Shown here piece by piece: positions 8,300 through 17,702 of a stretch of DNA of 64,000 nt (the stretch's first letter is position 1; the number at the start of each line of letters is the position of its first letter). Below the pieces are notes generated by a model that did no database searches, was not told where the DNA came from, and saw nothing but the letters and a program-made list of their open reading frames with translations. The position numbers were made by a program, and so were the translations under genes. The stretch is taken from contig OZ244905.1 in NCBI GenBank assembly GCA_965221695.1, positions 32,001 to 96,000 on the forward strand, read 5' to 3'. The DNA is from Gammaproteobacteria bacterium. GTDB taxonomy: Bacteria; Pseudomonadota; Gammaproteobacteria; Eutrophobiales; Eutrophobiaceae.

Positions 8300-8384
8300 G
8301 CGGGGCTCAGGTCAGATAGCAATATTTACACAGCAAATAATATTTATATACTATACTTATTCGCTGAAAAGATATATTTTTTAT

Positions 8385-8535
8385 GGAAACTCTGAACAAG
8401 TCCATCCTGGACTTGTCAGAGTACGGAAAACAAAAATGCGATTTTTGTTTTCCTCACAAAATCAATGCCATAGAGTCATTGATATTGACGATACATCCTT
8501 GTATCGTAGGAACCTCTGACTTAATCAGAGGTTCC
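8385..8535 (+). mobile_element. MITE family A, 151-bp full copy
   Basis: GGAAACTCTGA...TCAGAGGTTCC ends; five consecutive hairpins; flanks TTAT/TTAG; near-identical to five other copies in the window. Confidence 0.9.
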
Positions 8536-8611
8536 TTAGATAAAAGCTCTGTTTATATCAGACTTTCCGTAGGTAAAACATAACCGGCCTGTACAAAAGG
8601 GGAGACATTTA

Positions 8612-10747
8612 ATGGCTGCACAACTTAAAGAAACCTATTACGGCGGTTGCCCGCATGATTGTCCTGATACCTGTTCCATGGTATTCGAAGTTGAGGACGG
8701 CAAGCTCACCGGTGTGCACGGCAATCCCGAGCATCCGATGACCCGCGGAGGACTGTGCGTAAAACTTGATGATTATGAGAAACGTCACTACCATCCTGAC
8801 CGCGTGCTTTATCCGCTGCGCCGGACCGGACCCAAGGGCAGCAAACAATTTGAACGTATCTCCTGGGATGAGGCGCTGGATGAAGTCGTAAGTCGCTGGA
8901 AAGACATTATCGATAAATACGGCGCGCAGGCGATTGCCCCGTACAGTTACCTGGGACACCAGGGCTTGATTCATGGTCTGAACGGTGGCGACGCGTTTTT
9001 TAACAAGATGGGCGCCACGGTATGTGAACGTACCTTCTGTGGTGAAGGGTCGGCAACGGCCTGGGTGTTGACCAACGGTCCCACCAGCGGCGTAGACCCG
9101 GAAAGTTTCGCCTATTCCAAGTACATCATCATCTGGGGTTGCAACAGTGTCAGCACCAACCTGCACGCCTGGCATTATGTCAAGGACGCGAAGGATAACG
9201 GGGCCAAACTGGTGGTGATAGATCCCTACCGTTCGCGCACCGCCAGGCAGGCCGACTGGCATCTTGCCATCCGGCCCGGGACCGACGGCGCACTGGCGAT
9301 GGCGATGATCAATGTCATCATTGAAGAGAACCTGATCGACCAGGATTACGTGGACAACTATACCCTCGGCTTTGAGCAACTGGCTGCGCGGGCCAAGGAC
9401 CGCACACCGGAGTGGGCTGCCGGAGTTACCGGCCTCAGCGCTGAGGATATCCGCACCCTGGCACGTGAATATGCGGCCAATAACCCGGCCGCAATCCGCA
9501 TCGGCGTCGCCGTAGAGAGAAACTGGGGTGGTGGCCAGGCGATTCGCGCGATCAGTTGCCTGCCGTCCCTGACCGGCGCCTGGCGCGGGGTAGGGGGCGG
9601 AATTTACCAGATGACATTCTGGGAACATCCGTACAAGCTGGACGTGATTTCACAACCCCAGCTTATTCCGGAAGGCACGCGGGTCATGAACAACCTGCAG
9701 CTCGGCCGGGCGCTGACCGGCGAGTTGGACCTGGACCCGCCCATCATGTCCCTGATGTGCTGGAATTCCAACCCGGTTACCCAGGCGCCCGAAGGCGACA
9801 AGATTATCAAGGGCCTGGAGCGGGAAGACCTGTTCACGGTGTCGGCTGAACACTTTATCTCCGATACCGCGGCCTATGCGGATATCGTGCTGCCGGCCGC
9901 GATGGGCGCTGAGATGGAGGATATCATCCTGTCCTGGGGACACAACTACCTGACCTACAATACCCGCTGCGCCGAACCGCCGGGCGAGGTGTTGTCCAAT
10001 AACGAGATATTCAACCGCCTGGCGCAACGCATGGGCTATGAGGAAGACCGTTTCAAATGGTCCGACAGCGAGTGTCTGGAGCATTTCGTCGATTGGGATT
10101 CACCGGCCTGTGAAGGTCTCAGTGTGGACTACCTGCGCGAAAACGGCTTTGCGCGTATCAAGATTGGCGAGCCCCATGAGCGTGCGCCGCACAAGGAAGG
10201 CAACTTTCCCACGCCTTCTGGCAAGTGCGAGTTTTTCTCGGAAGCCGCAAGCAACGGCAACTTTGTTATTGCGCCGTTCCGGCAGATGTACGAGGAGATG
10301 CAACCCGGCAACAGCGAACCGCTGGACAGCCTGCCGGATTATGTCCCGTCGAAGGAGGCGCCGGAAACCAACCCGGAACTGGCGAAGAAATATCCGCTGA
10401 ATATCATCGCTCCCAAGAGCCATGGGTTCCTCAATTCCTGTTATGCCAACATGGACCACAAGATCAAGCGGCAGGGTGAGCAATTCGTGATGATCAGCGA
10501 GACGGACGCCGAAGCGCGCGGTATCGGCGAGGGCGACCCTGTGCGCGTCTTCAATGATCGTGGCGCGTTCGAGGTAATGGCCAAGGTCACCGACGACGTT
10601 AACCCAGGATTGGTGGTGTCATCCCTGGGCTATTGGCGGCAACTGAACAACGGCACCGCCAATGTGGTGTCGTCCGCGGACTTCGCCGACATGGGACATG
10701 CCCCCAGGGTATTCGACAGCCTGGTACAGGTAGAACGTATCGCCTGA
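8612..10747 (+). CDS. Molybdopterin-dependent oxidoreductase (DMSO reductase superfamily, N-terminal 4Fe-4S, cytoplasmic)
   Basis: 'CPHDCPDTC...GNPEHPMTRGGLCVK', 'RISWDEALD', 'IRPGTDGALA', 'SDTAAYADIVLPA', 'FPTPSGK', C-terminal 'V.VFNDRG' binding domain; GGGGAG RBS. Confidence 0.9.
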   Translation: MAAQLKETYYGGCPHDCPDTCSMVFEVEDGKLTGVHGNPEHPMTRGGLCVKLDDYEKRHYHPDRVLYPLRRTGPKGSKQFERISWDEALDEVVSRWKDIIDKYGAQAIAPYSYLGHQGLIHGLNGGDAFFNKMGATVCERTFCGEGSATAWVLTNGPTSGVDPESFAYSKYIIIWGCNSVSTNLHAWHYVKDAKDNGAKLVVIDPYRSRTARQADWHLAIRPGTDGALAMAMINVIIEENLIDQDYVDNYTLGFEQLAARAKDRTPEWAAGVTGLSAEDIRTLAREYAANNPAAIRIGVAVERNWGGGQAIRAISCLPSLTGAWRGVGGGIYQMTFWEHPYKLDVISQPQLIPEGTRVMNNLQLGRALTGELDLDPPIMSLMCWNSNPVTQAPEGDKIIKGLEREDLFTVSAEHFISDTAAYADIVLPAAMGAEMEDIILSWGHNYLTYNTRCAEPPGEVLSNNEIFNRLAQRMGYEEDRFKWSDSECLEHFVDWDSPACEGLSVDYLRENGFARIKIGEPHERAPHKEGNFPTPSGKCEFFSEAASNGNFVIAPFRQMYEEMQPGNSEPLDSLPDYVPSKEAPETNPELAKKYPLNIIAPKSHGFLNSCYANMDHKIKRQGEQFVMISETDAEARGIGEGDPVRVFNDRGAFEVMAKVTDDVNPGLVVSSLGYWRQLNNGTANVVSSADFADMGHAPRVFDSLVQVERIA

Positions 10748-10786
10748 GCGGAAGAGTTGCCAACTACCTAAAATGCGGGCCTTGAA

Positions 10787-10819
10787 CCGGGTTCATTGCT
10801 ACATCAGCAATGAACCCGG
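10787..10819. terminator. 14-bp perfect stem-loop between convergent genes; possible terminator
   Basis: CCGGGTTCATTGCT-acatc-AGCAATGAACCCGG, 40 bp after the oxidoreductase stop; no clear U-tract. Confidence 0.45.
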
Positions 10820-11021
10820 ATCGTTGTATCTGACGGTGCCGAGCTTAGATTGCACTTTTTATATACCAATAGTAACACGCATGGGGATATTACCACCACG
10901 ATTCTGATAGCAAAACAGGGGTTTTAAGGGAAAATAACAGGCGTATATCACAAATTAACCCAAATGGAACAAATAGTTAGGGAGGTTCGAACCCCTGGAA
11001 CCTCGCTTGGAGCCCTGGAAT

Positions 11022-12740
11022 CTAGAAGTTTGCATAGGGCGCGCTGTAATCCGGCAGTACCACATTGTTGTCACGCGCATAATATACCCACTCCTGCACC
11101 AGCTCTTTCAGCTTGTGCTGGTGAACACCGGATAGGTTTCGCAGTTCCCCGGGGTCTTCCTCAATATTGTAAAGGCGCCATTCAGCCACTGGAATATCCG
11201 TTTCCCTGGGTTCCCACGGTATCCCCGCCGGTTCCCAGATGATTTTCCAGTCGCCCTTTCGAATGGCTCGGCGACCGAACAGTTCCCAACCCATCACATA
11301 GTCCTGGTTGTGGGTTGTGTCCCGCTCTCCCTTTAACATAGCAAGCATGGATGCGCCTTGAACCGACAGAACCTCGCGTCCACTGAAGGTGGGAGCCGGA
11401 TGATCAACGCCGGCCAACTCCAGGATAGTAGGCAAAACGTCCTTGACCGTTACAAATTCATCAATCACTGCGTTTTTCTGGATTTGTTGCGGAAAATACG
11501 CGATGGCCGGCACGCGGATTCCGCCTTCAGTAGTGAACTGTTTATACATCCGGTAACCTGCGCTGCTCGCCCAGGTCCAGTTGGGGCCGTACCAGCTATA
11601 GGAATTGCCATTTCCCAAATTTTCTAGGCTGTTGTCACAGCATTGCTCTGCCCACTGCTCCAGCGCCTCCCAGCCGATATTCAGATGCGCGCCCTCGGCG
11701 CCGTTGTCGGACATAAAGAAGATGAACGTGTTTTCAATCTGTCCCGAGGACTTGAGATAGTCGATGACTTCTCCCGTGTATCTGTCCATGTCATCCACCA
11801 TCGCCGCGAATATTTCCATCTTTTTTGCTTCAATCCGTTTCTCGTCATCCTGTAAGTCCTGCCAGGCGGGTTCCGAGGCCAATCGGGGGGACGGAATCGC
11901 TTTCTTGTCAATCAATCCCAGTTTCTTCATGTTTTCAAACCGCTTGCTTTGCAGCGCGTCCCAACCCGCATCGTAACTGCCGGCATACTTGTTGACAGAC
12001 TCCTTCGGCGCTTGCAGCGGCCAGTGCGGCGCGGTAAACGCCAGGTATGCGAAAAAGGGCTGCCCATCCGCCTCGGCATTGTCGAGGTATTCAATCAGCT
12101 TGCGGGCATAAAAACGGCTTGAGTAGAAGTCCTTCGGAACATTCACGAGCTTATCGTCTTCCCTGTAGATGGAAGGGTACGCGCCGATCAGCGGCATGTC
12201 TCCAAGATGTCCTGCGCCACCCTGCGCCAGGGTAAATGAGCGCTCAAACCCGCGCGCGTAGGGGCTGGTCTCCCCGGTCAGTCCAAGGTGCCATTTGCCG
12301 GTCATATAGGTGTGGTAACCGGCATCACGCATAATTTCAGCTAGTGAAGCAACACGAAAATTGAGGTGTCCTTCATAACCCGGATAGCCGACCTGGTTTG
12401 CCCTCATCTCCTCGTACATATGACCCAAGCCGGCAAGGTGATTATCGGTGCCGGAGAGCAACATGGAACGCGTAGGCGAACAGGTGGACGCGGAATAGAA
12501 TTGCGTAAGTCGCACCCCGGCATACCCGAGAGCGTCCAGGTTAGGGGTGTTTATTTCACCCCCGAACACTCCCAGGTCGGAATACCCCAGGTCGTCCGCC
12601 ACGATCAACAGCACATTAGGTTGATCGCCCCGGCGCGCCGTTTGACTGGCTCCTGTCTCTTGATTACTGCTGCTATCCAGGCTGCAGGAACACAAGTATG
12701 GAAAAATAAGAATGCTCGTCAAAACAAGTGAATATCGCAT
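11022..12740 (-). CDS. atsA: Arylsulfatase (formylglycine-dependent, AtsA-like), probable lipoprotein
   Basis: 'PNVLLIVADDLGYSD', Cys-type 'CSPTRSMLLSG', 'GKWHLG', 'FTAPHWPLQAP', 'SDNGAEG', 'EGGIRVP'; signal peptide containing Cys. Confidence 0.9.
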   Translation of the reverse strand: MRYSLVLTSILIFPYLCSCSLDSSSNQETGASQTARRGDQPNVLLIVADDLGYSDLGVFGGEINTPNLDALGYAGVRLTQFYSASTCSPTRSMLLSGTDNHLAGLGHMYEEMRANQVGYPGYEGHLNFRVASLAEIMRDAGYHTYMTGKWHLGLTGETSPYARGFERSFTLAQGGAGHLGDMPLIGAYPSIYREDDKLVNVPKDFYSSRFYARKLIEYLDNAEADGQPFFAYLAFTAPHWPLQAPKESVNKYAGSYDAGWDALQSKRFENMKKLGLIDKKAIPSPRLASEPAWQDLQDDEKRIEAKKMEIFAAMVDDMDRYTGEVIDYLKSSGQIENTFIFFMSDNGAEGAHLNIGWEALEQWAEQCCDNSLENLGNGNSYSWYGPNWTWASSAGYRMYKQFTTEGGIRVPAIAYFPQQIQKNAVIDEFVTVKDVLPTILELAGVDHPAPTFSGREVLSVQGASMLAMLKGERDTTHNQDYVMGWELFGRRAIRKGDWKIIWEPAGIPWEPRETDIPVAEWRLYNIEEDPGELRNLSGVHQHKLKELVQEWVYYARDNNVVLPDYSAPYANF

Positions 12741-12864
12741 GGCAAGTGTTTTACACGTAAACTGTTTCCAGCTTATGATAGCTGAATTGTATCAGGAAGA
12801 GTCAGTCCGGTTCATCTGGCATGTAGCCAGTTATCGCTGAGGCATAATAAAGAAATCACGACAA

Positions 12865-13734
12865 ATGAAGACCATTGAATGCGGCATTAAGGCTTTTGAC
12901 GTCCATGAACTGCTGTGCCATCTCGTTGCCAGGCGCGGCGGGTTCTACGAGTCGGCGCGCCTGGACATAAGGTTGGTGGACACCAACTTCATTCCCGACG
13001 ACAGGTTGCCCGAGGCGAATTATTTCCAGGTTGCCTGCGGCGCGGCGCTGCTGTCCCGAAACGAGCGTTTTAGGGTTTTTCTGGCTGCCGTCACCAGGCC
13101 GATGTTCTGGTTGTATGGCGCTGCCGGTATCGGTAGTATTGAACAACTTGCCGGCAAACGTATAGCGACCTTCCCGCCGCCGGCCCCGCCTTATTGGTTC
13201 AACCGTATCGTTTTGCGTAAACACGGGCTTGACCCTGATGTGGACATTGAGTTGAAACCCACCCGGGATGATGCAATCCGACTGGGTCTGCTACGTGAAG
13301 GCGAGGTGGACGCGGCGCTGATCAGTTCCGTGTTCTCGCCGATTACAATACAACGGTTGGGATTGAATGCCCTCGCCATACCGGGAGATGGGCTTACGGT
13401 TGTGACCAGTGGTATTGCAACTACCGAAAAGATTACTGCGGAAGATCCCGAACTCGTCGAAGCGCTGGCCAATGTCTACCGGCGAAGTCTGGTGGCAATT
13501 CATGATACCCCGGATGAAATCCATTCCATTCTTGCAGAGCTAATGAATATCTCCCATGAGGACGCGCAAGCAACCTATGAGTTGATCGTGTCCTGTTATA
13601 CGCGGGATGGTTATATCAATGTGGAGAGTTTGCAAGCAGGTCTTGCTGACCTGGACGCGGAATTGGGCGCGGATGTCCCATTTAATGCCGAGAGAATCTA
13701 TACTATGCAGCGCCCAGGTGTCGATGCAGGATAA
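12865..13734 (+). CDS. NMT1/THI5/SsuA-like periplasmic-binding-protein fold protein lacking a signal peptide
   Basis: 'ARRGGFYESARLDIRLV', 'IGSIEQLAGKRIA', 'LRKHGLDPDVDIEL', 'LREGEVDAALI', 'PELVEAL'. Confidence 0.7.
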   Translation: MKTIECGIKAFDVHELLCHLVARRGGFYESARLDIRLVDTNFIPDDRLPEANYFQVACGAALLSRNERFRVFLAAVTRPMFWLYGAAGIGSIEQLAGKRIATFPPPAPPYWFNRIVLRKHGLDPDVDIELKPTRDDAIRLGLLREGEVDAALISSVFSPITIQRLGLNALAIPGDGLTVVTSGIATTEKITAEDPELVEALANVYRRSLVAIHDTPDEIHSILAELMNISHEDAQATYELIVSCYTRDGYINVESLQAGLADLDAELGADVPFNAERIYTMQRPGVDAG

Positions 13735-13789
13735 AGTATATAAGACCAGGACAGCTCATCAATGCACAACATGACGATAGGCACACAAA

Positions 13790-15082
13790 ATGACCGCTGA
13801 AACAATACTCGTAACAAACGCGCACATCTTTGACGGCCATAACCCGGAACTGTCGGATCGTTCCAATATCCTGCTCGCCGATGGCGAGATTAAGGAGATA
13901 TCCACCAGTAAGACCAGCGTCGGGAGCGACCATGTGGTCGATGCCGGAGGGCGCACCGTAATGCCGGGTTTGATCGACAACCATATCCATGTCTATATCC
14001 CTACCCTGGATACCACGGCGCTGTCCAGGATGCCGGATACTTATATTGCTCAGTACGCAAATGTTTTTTTGAACTCGACCCTGGACCGGGGGTTTACCAC
14101 TTTGCGCGATATCGGTGGCGGCGATGTCGGCGTCGCGCGCGCCATCGACCATGGACTGGTGCGCGCCCCCCGGTTTTATTATGCCGGCAAGATCATGTCG
14201 CAGACCGGCGGGCATGGCGACATGCGGCCTGGCTGGGAAATCAATCCCTGGGAGCAACTCTGCGCCTGTGGCAGTTATTCGACCAACCTGACCCGTGTTG
14301 TCGATGATCCGTTTGAGATGCGGCGCGCGGTGCGGGAAGAGCTGAGAAAAGGCTCTCATTGCATAAAGATTATGGCGTCGGGCGGCGTGGCCAGCCCCAA
14401 CGATCCGTTGCACCATACACAATTTACCGAAGAAGAAATCCGCGCCGCAGTGGATGAATGCACGCGCCAGGAAACCTATGTATCTGCGCATTGCCATCCG
14501 ACCGAGGCGGTCAGACGCTGTGTCGAGTTCGGCGTGCGCTGTATTGAGCATGCGACCTTGATTGACGAGGACACCGCGCAATATGTGGCCGCTGAGGGCG
14601 CTTACGTGGTGCCTACGTTTGCGGTGATACACGCATTGCACGAGGAAGGCGCGAAGTACGGCCTGCCGCCGGCCAGCCAGGAAAAGATCGACATGATCTA
14701 TGACCAAGCCCTGGGGGGGCTGGAAATCATGCGCAATGCCGGTGTCAAAATGGGACTGGGCACGGACTTGTTGGGTCCGCAACATGTGCGGCAATGCACC
14801 GAGTTCACTATTCGGAAAGAGGTGTTCACACCGTTCGAGATACTCCATCAGGCCACCGCAATGAATGCCGAGATCCTGATGGAACCCGACCGCCTTGGCT
14901 GTATCAGGGAGGGCGCGTTCGCCGACCTGCTGGTTGTGGATGGCAATCCCCTGGAAGACATTTCCCTGCTGGAACAGAATGGCGCAGCGTTGCCGGTAAT
15001 CATTCGCAAGGGCGAGTTGGTGAAATGCGAACTTGACGTTGCCAAAGGTGCAGTAAGAACGTTCAGTTGGCCTGCGACCTGA
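13790..15082 (+). CDS. Metal-dependent amidohydrolase (prolidase/ochratoxinase-like subfamily)
   Basis: 'MPGLIDNHIH', 'GFTTLRDIGG', 'SQTGGHGD', 'IKIMASGGVAS', 'AHCH', 'IEHA', 'GTD', 'ADLLVVDGNPL'. Confidence 0.9.
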   Translation: MTAETILVTNAHIFDGHNPELSDRSNILLADGEIKEISTSKTSVGSDHVVDAGGRTVMPGLIDNHIHVYIPTLDTTALSRMPDTYIAQYANVFLNSTLDRGFTTLRDIGGGDVGVARAIDHGLVRAPRFYYAGKIMSQTGGHGDMRPGWEINPWEQLCACGSYSTNLTRVVDDPFEMRRAVREELRKGSHCIKIMASGGVASPNDPLHHTQFTEEEIRAAVDECTRQETYVSAHCHPTEAVRRCVEFGVRCIEHATLIDEDTAQYVAAEGAYVVPTFAVIHALHEEGAKYGLPPASQEKIDMIYDQALGGLEIMRNAGVKMGLGTDLLGPQHVRQCTEFTIRKEVFTPFEILHQATAMNAEILMEPDRLGCIREGAFADLLVVDGNPLEDISLLEQNGAALPVIIRKGELVKCELDVAKGAVRTFSWPAT

Positions 15083-15097
15083 TTGAGGATAAACTAA

Positions 15098-15248
15098 GGA
15101 AACTCTGAACAAGTCCATCCTGGACTTGTCAGAGTACGGAAAACAAAAATGTGATTTTTGTTTCCCTCACAAAATCAATGCCTTACAGACATTGATTTTG
15201 ACGATACATCCTTGTATCGTAGGAACCTCTAACTTAATCAGAGTTTCC
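15098..15248 (+). mobile_element. MITE family A, 151-bp full copy
   Basis: GGAAACTCTGA...TCAGAGTTTCC; flanks CTAA/CCAA. Confidence 0.9.
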
Positions 15249-15303
15249 CCAAGAGATACAATGCTTGATGCGGAAGTTCGGCGCCTCCCTTACTGAGCAA
15301 ACC

Positions 15304-16356
15304 ATGCCGTGCCTATGGTTACGCGCTGAATCCAGGCCGCTCGAACGCAGGGTTGCGCTGACGCCTGCCAACGCGCAGGAGTTGATTGCAGCCGGGTTCA
15401 GCGTATCCGTTGAAGAATGCGATAACAGGATATTCGGGATTGGGCAATACCTGGAAGCAGGTTGTCGGGTTGTACCCCGCGCGTCCTGGCAGGATGCGCC
15501 CCGCGACTGTTATGTGATTGGCCTGAAAGAATTGCCGGAACCGTTGCCGGCGCTACGCCACAGGCATATCTATTTTGCCCATGCTTATAAACAGCAAAAA
15601 GGCTGGAAGGAACTGTTGGGTAATTTTGCTGAAGACGGCGGCTACCTGCTTGATCTGGAATATTTGCTGGACGATAACGGCCGGCGTATCGCCGCATTCG
15701 GTTACTGGGCTGGCTTTGCCGGCGCAGCGTTGGGCGTCAAGGCCTGGCTGAGACAACCGGGCCGGCTTGGGCCTGTCGGCAGTTACCGGAACAAAGACCA
15801 ATTGCTGGCCGAATTGTCAGCGACACTGGAAAAATCGGCGCTGAGGCCCAAAGTTATGATCATTGGGGCCAACGGGCGCTGCGGCAGCGGCGCCATGGAC
15901 TTCTACCGAACCCTGGGTATTGAAACGACATTATGGGACCTGGAGGAAACCAGTCATGGCGGGCCTTTCCATGAAATTCTGGATCACGACATTTTTCTGA
16001 ATTGTGTATTTGTCCGGTCAGTCATTCCGCCGTTCCTGACCTGGCAATTCCTGGAGCAGGCGCGCAGGCTGTCCGTAATCGTCGATATCAGTTGCGATCC
16101 AAATGGCGATTACAACCCGTTGCCGGTATATAATAAATGCACGACATTTTCCCGACCAACGATGCGCATTATCGCCAAACCCGCGCTGGACCTGGTAGCC
16201 ATTGATAATTTGCCATCCTTGCTGCCGCAAGAGAGCAGCGAAGACTTTTCATCCCAGTTGTTGGATGCCCTGACGCAGTTGCCCGACGGCAGGATATGGC
16301 AACGCGCCCTGAAAATATTTGAAGAGAAGAAAGCGGCGGCCCTCGCGATAAATTAA
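15304..16356 (+). CDS. Saccharopine dehydrogenase (NAD+, L-lysine-forming; LYS1/lysine-ketoglutarate reductase-like)
   Basis: 'LWLRAESRPLERRVALTP', 'IGLKELP', 'HIYFAHAYKQQ.GW', 'LLDLEYL.DDNGRRIAAFGYWAGFAG', 'IGANGRCGSGA', 'GGPF.EI', 'IDNLPSLLP.ESSEDFS'. Confidence 0.9.
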   Translation: MPCLWLRAESRPLERRVALTPANAQELIAAGFSVSVEECDNRIFGIGQYLEAGCRVVPRASWQDAPRDCYVIGLKELPEPLPALRHRHIYFAHAYKQQKGWKELLGNFAEDGGYLLDLEYLLDDNGRRIAAFGYWAGFAGAALGVKAWLRQPGRLGPVGSYRNKDQLLAELSATLEKSALRPKVMIIGANGRCGSGAMDFYRTLGIETTLWDLEETSHGGPFHEILDHDIFLNCVFVRSVIPPFLTWQFLEQARRLSVIVDISCDPNGDYNPLPVYNKCTTFSRPTMRIIAKPALDLVAIDNLPSLLPQESSEDFSSQLLDALTQLPDGRIWQRALKIFEEKKAAALAIN

Positions 16357-16507
16357 TGAACCTCTGATTAAGTCAGAGGTTCCTACGATACAAGGATGTA
16401 TCGTCAATATCAATGACTGTAAGGCATTGATATTGTGAGGAAAACAAAAATCGCATTTTTGTTTTCCGTACTCTGACAAGTCCAGGATGGACTTGTTCAG
16501 AGTTTCC
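16357..16507 (-). mobile_element. MITE family A, 151-bp full copy, TTAA target duplication
   Basis: Flanked by TTAA at 16353-16356 (which includes the TAA stop of the upstream gene) and at 16508-16511; identical to the 61913 copy except one terminal base. Confidence 0.92.
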
Positions 16508-16530
16508 TTAATAAACAGGAGCCATAATAC

Positions 16531-17676
16531 GTGCAACGCATACACTGGCTAGGAGCAGGTTTGTCATCAATACCAGGGATACGCCGGTTGGCGCGTTCCG
16601 ATTGCCCGCTAATCGTCTGGAACAGGACTCTTGCCAAAGCGCAGGCTGCTATCGCGGACTCCGACAGCGGCGGCAACGATGCCCGGACACTGGATTGGAT
16701 GCAGCTTGCTTCCAATGTCATGCCTGGCGATATACTCGTATCCATGCTGCCTGCTGACATGCACTTGTCGGCGGCCCGGCTTTGCCTGGAGAAGCGCGCC
16801 CATTTCGTATCCTCGAGTTACATATCTGAAGACATAGCAGGGCTGAGTGAGCAGGTGAGCGCGGCAGGCTTATGCTTCGTCAACGAATGCGGGCTTGACC
16901 CGGGTCTGGATCACCTGTTTGCTCATGCTCTGTTGTATGAGTACCGTCACAGTGATGTGTTCAACGTGGAAAACTCGCTATCGTTCCAATCCTACTGCGG
17001 TGGTTTTCCGCTTGAGGCGGGCAGTTTCACTTACAAATTTTCCTGGTCACCCCTGGGTGTGTTGAAGGCGCTGGATACACCTGCCCGGTGGATAGCAAAC
17101 GGGCAAGAGCATTATACTGCCGCGCCTTACAGGAAGGTCGAAACCTACCGGGTAAACGGCGAACCTTTTGAAGCCTATCCCAACCGGGATTCGCTGCCGT
17201 TCATCAAACAGTATCAGATAGAGGATAACTGGAAAATCGAGAATTTCGTACGCGGCACTTTGCGCCTTCCCGGTTGGGCCAAAGCCTGGGAAGATATATT
17301 TCAAACGGTTGAGCAAGCAAGTGGCGAGGTAGGTACGCGGGCGTTGGCTGAATTGAGTGAGCAGTTATGGCAGCGCTATCAATATGCTGCGGGGGAACCG
17401 GATCGGGTCGTATTATGCGTCAGGGTAAGCGCCGCCGGCGCAAACGGCGGCAGGATATGGGGTCGGGAGTATCTTCTCGACAGCATCGGCAACGAGCGCG
17501 GCTCAGCTATGGCAAGACTGGTATCAATACCGGTTTCATTGGTGGTTGAAGCCATCCTTGACGGTGAAGTTAAGTCCGGCGTAGCGCCCGTGCCATCTGA
17601 CCAAGAACATATTGACAAGTGGATTGAGTTGCTGCGGGAAACCGGGGAAAATATCATACTGAGAGACTGGTTCTGA
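16531..17676 (+). CDS. Saccharopine dehydrogenase (L-glutamate-forming, LYS9-like)
   Basis: 'IHWLGAGLSS', 'VSMLP', 'HFVSSSY', 'NECGLDPGLDH', 'SYCGG', 'YKFSWSPLGVL', 'FEAYPNRDS', 'RGTLR', 'AMARLVS'; AGGAG RBS, GTG start. Confidence 0.9.
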   Translation: MQRIHWLGAGLSSIPGIRRLARSDCPLIVWNRTLAKAQAAIADSDSGGNDARTLDWMQLASNVMPGDILVSMLPADMHLSAARLCLEKRAHFVSSSYISEDIAGLSEQVSAAGLCFVNECGLDPGLDHLFAHALLYEYRHSDVFNVENSLSFQSYCGGFPLEAGSFTYKFSWSPLGVLKALDTPARWIANGQEHYTAAPYRKVETYRVNGEPFEAYPNRDSLPFIKQYQIEDNWKIENFVRGTLRLPGWAKAWEDIFQTVEQASGEVGTRALAELSEQLWQRYQYAAGEPDRVVLCVRVSAAGANGGRIWGREYLLDSIGNERGSAMARLVSIPVSLVVEAILDGEVKSGVAPVPSDQEHIDKWIELLRETGENIILRDWF

Positions 17677-17702
17677 GATTTCTGTCCACTACTTGAACTA
17701 AG

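Noticed and set aside
8383-8583. Short ORFs 'METLNKSILDLSEYGKQKCDFCF...' (also 16249-16545 and 55125-55313)
   Set aside because: These are translations of MITE A. Starts and stops lie outside the element and differ between copies.
10979-11005. GGAGGTTCGAACCCC, resembling a tRNA T-arm
   Set aside because: No acceptor stem, D-arm or anticodon arm can be built around it.
13703-15118. Long antisense ORFs (471 aa here; also 8609-9628, 39262-40074, 30806-31516)
   Set aside because: Shadow frames opposite well-supported genes in GC-rich sequence, with no motifs.
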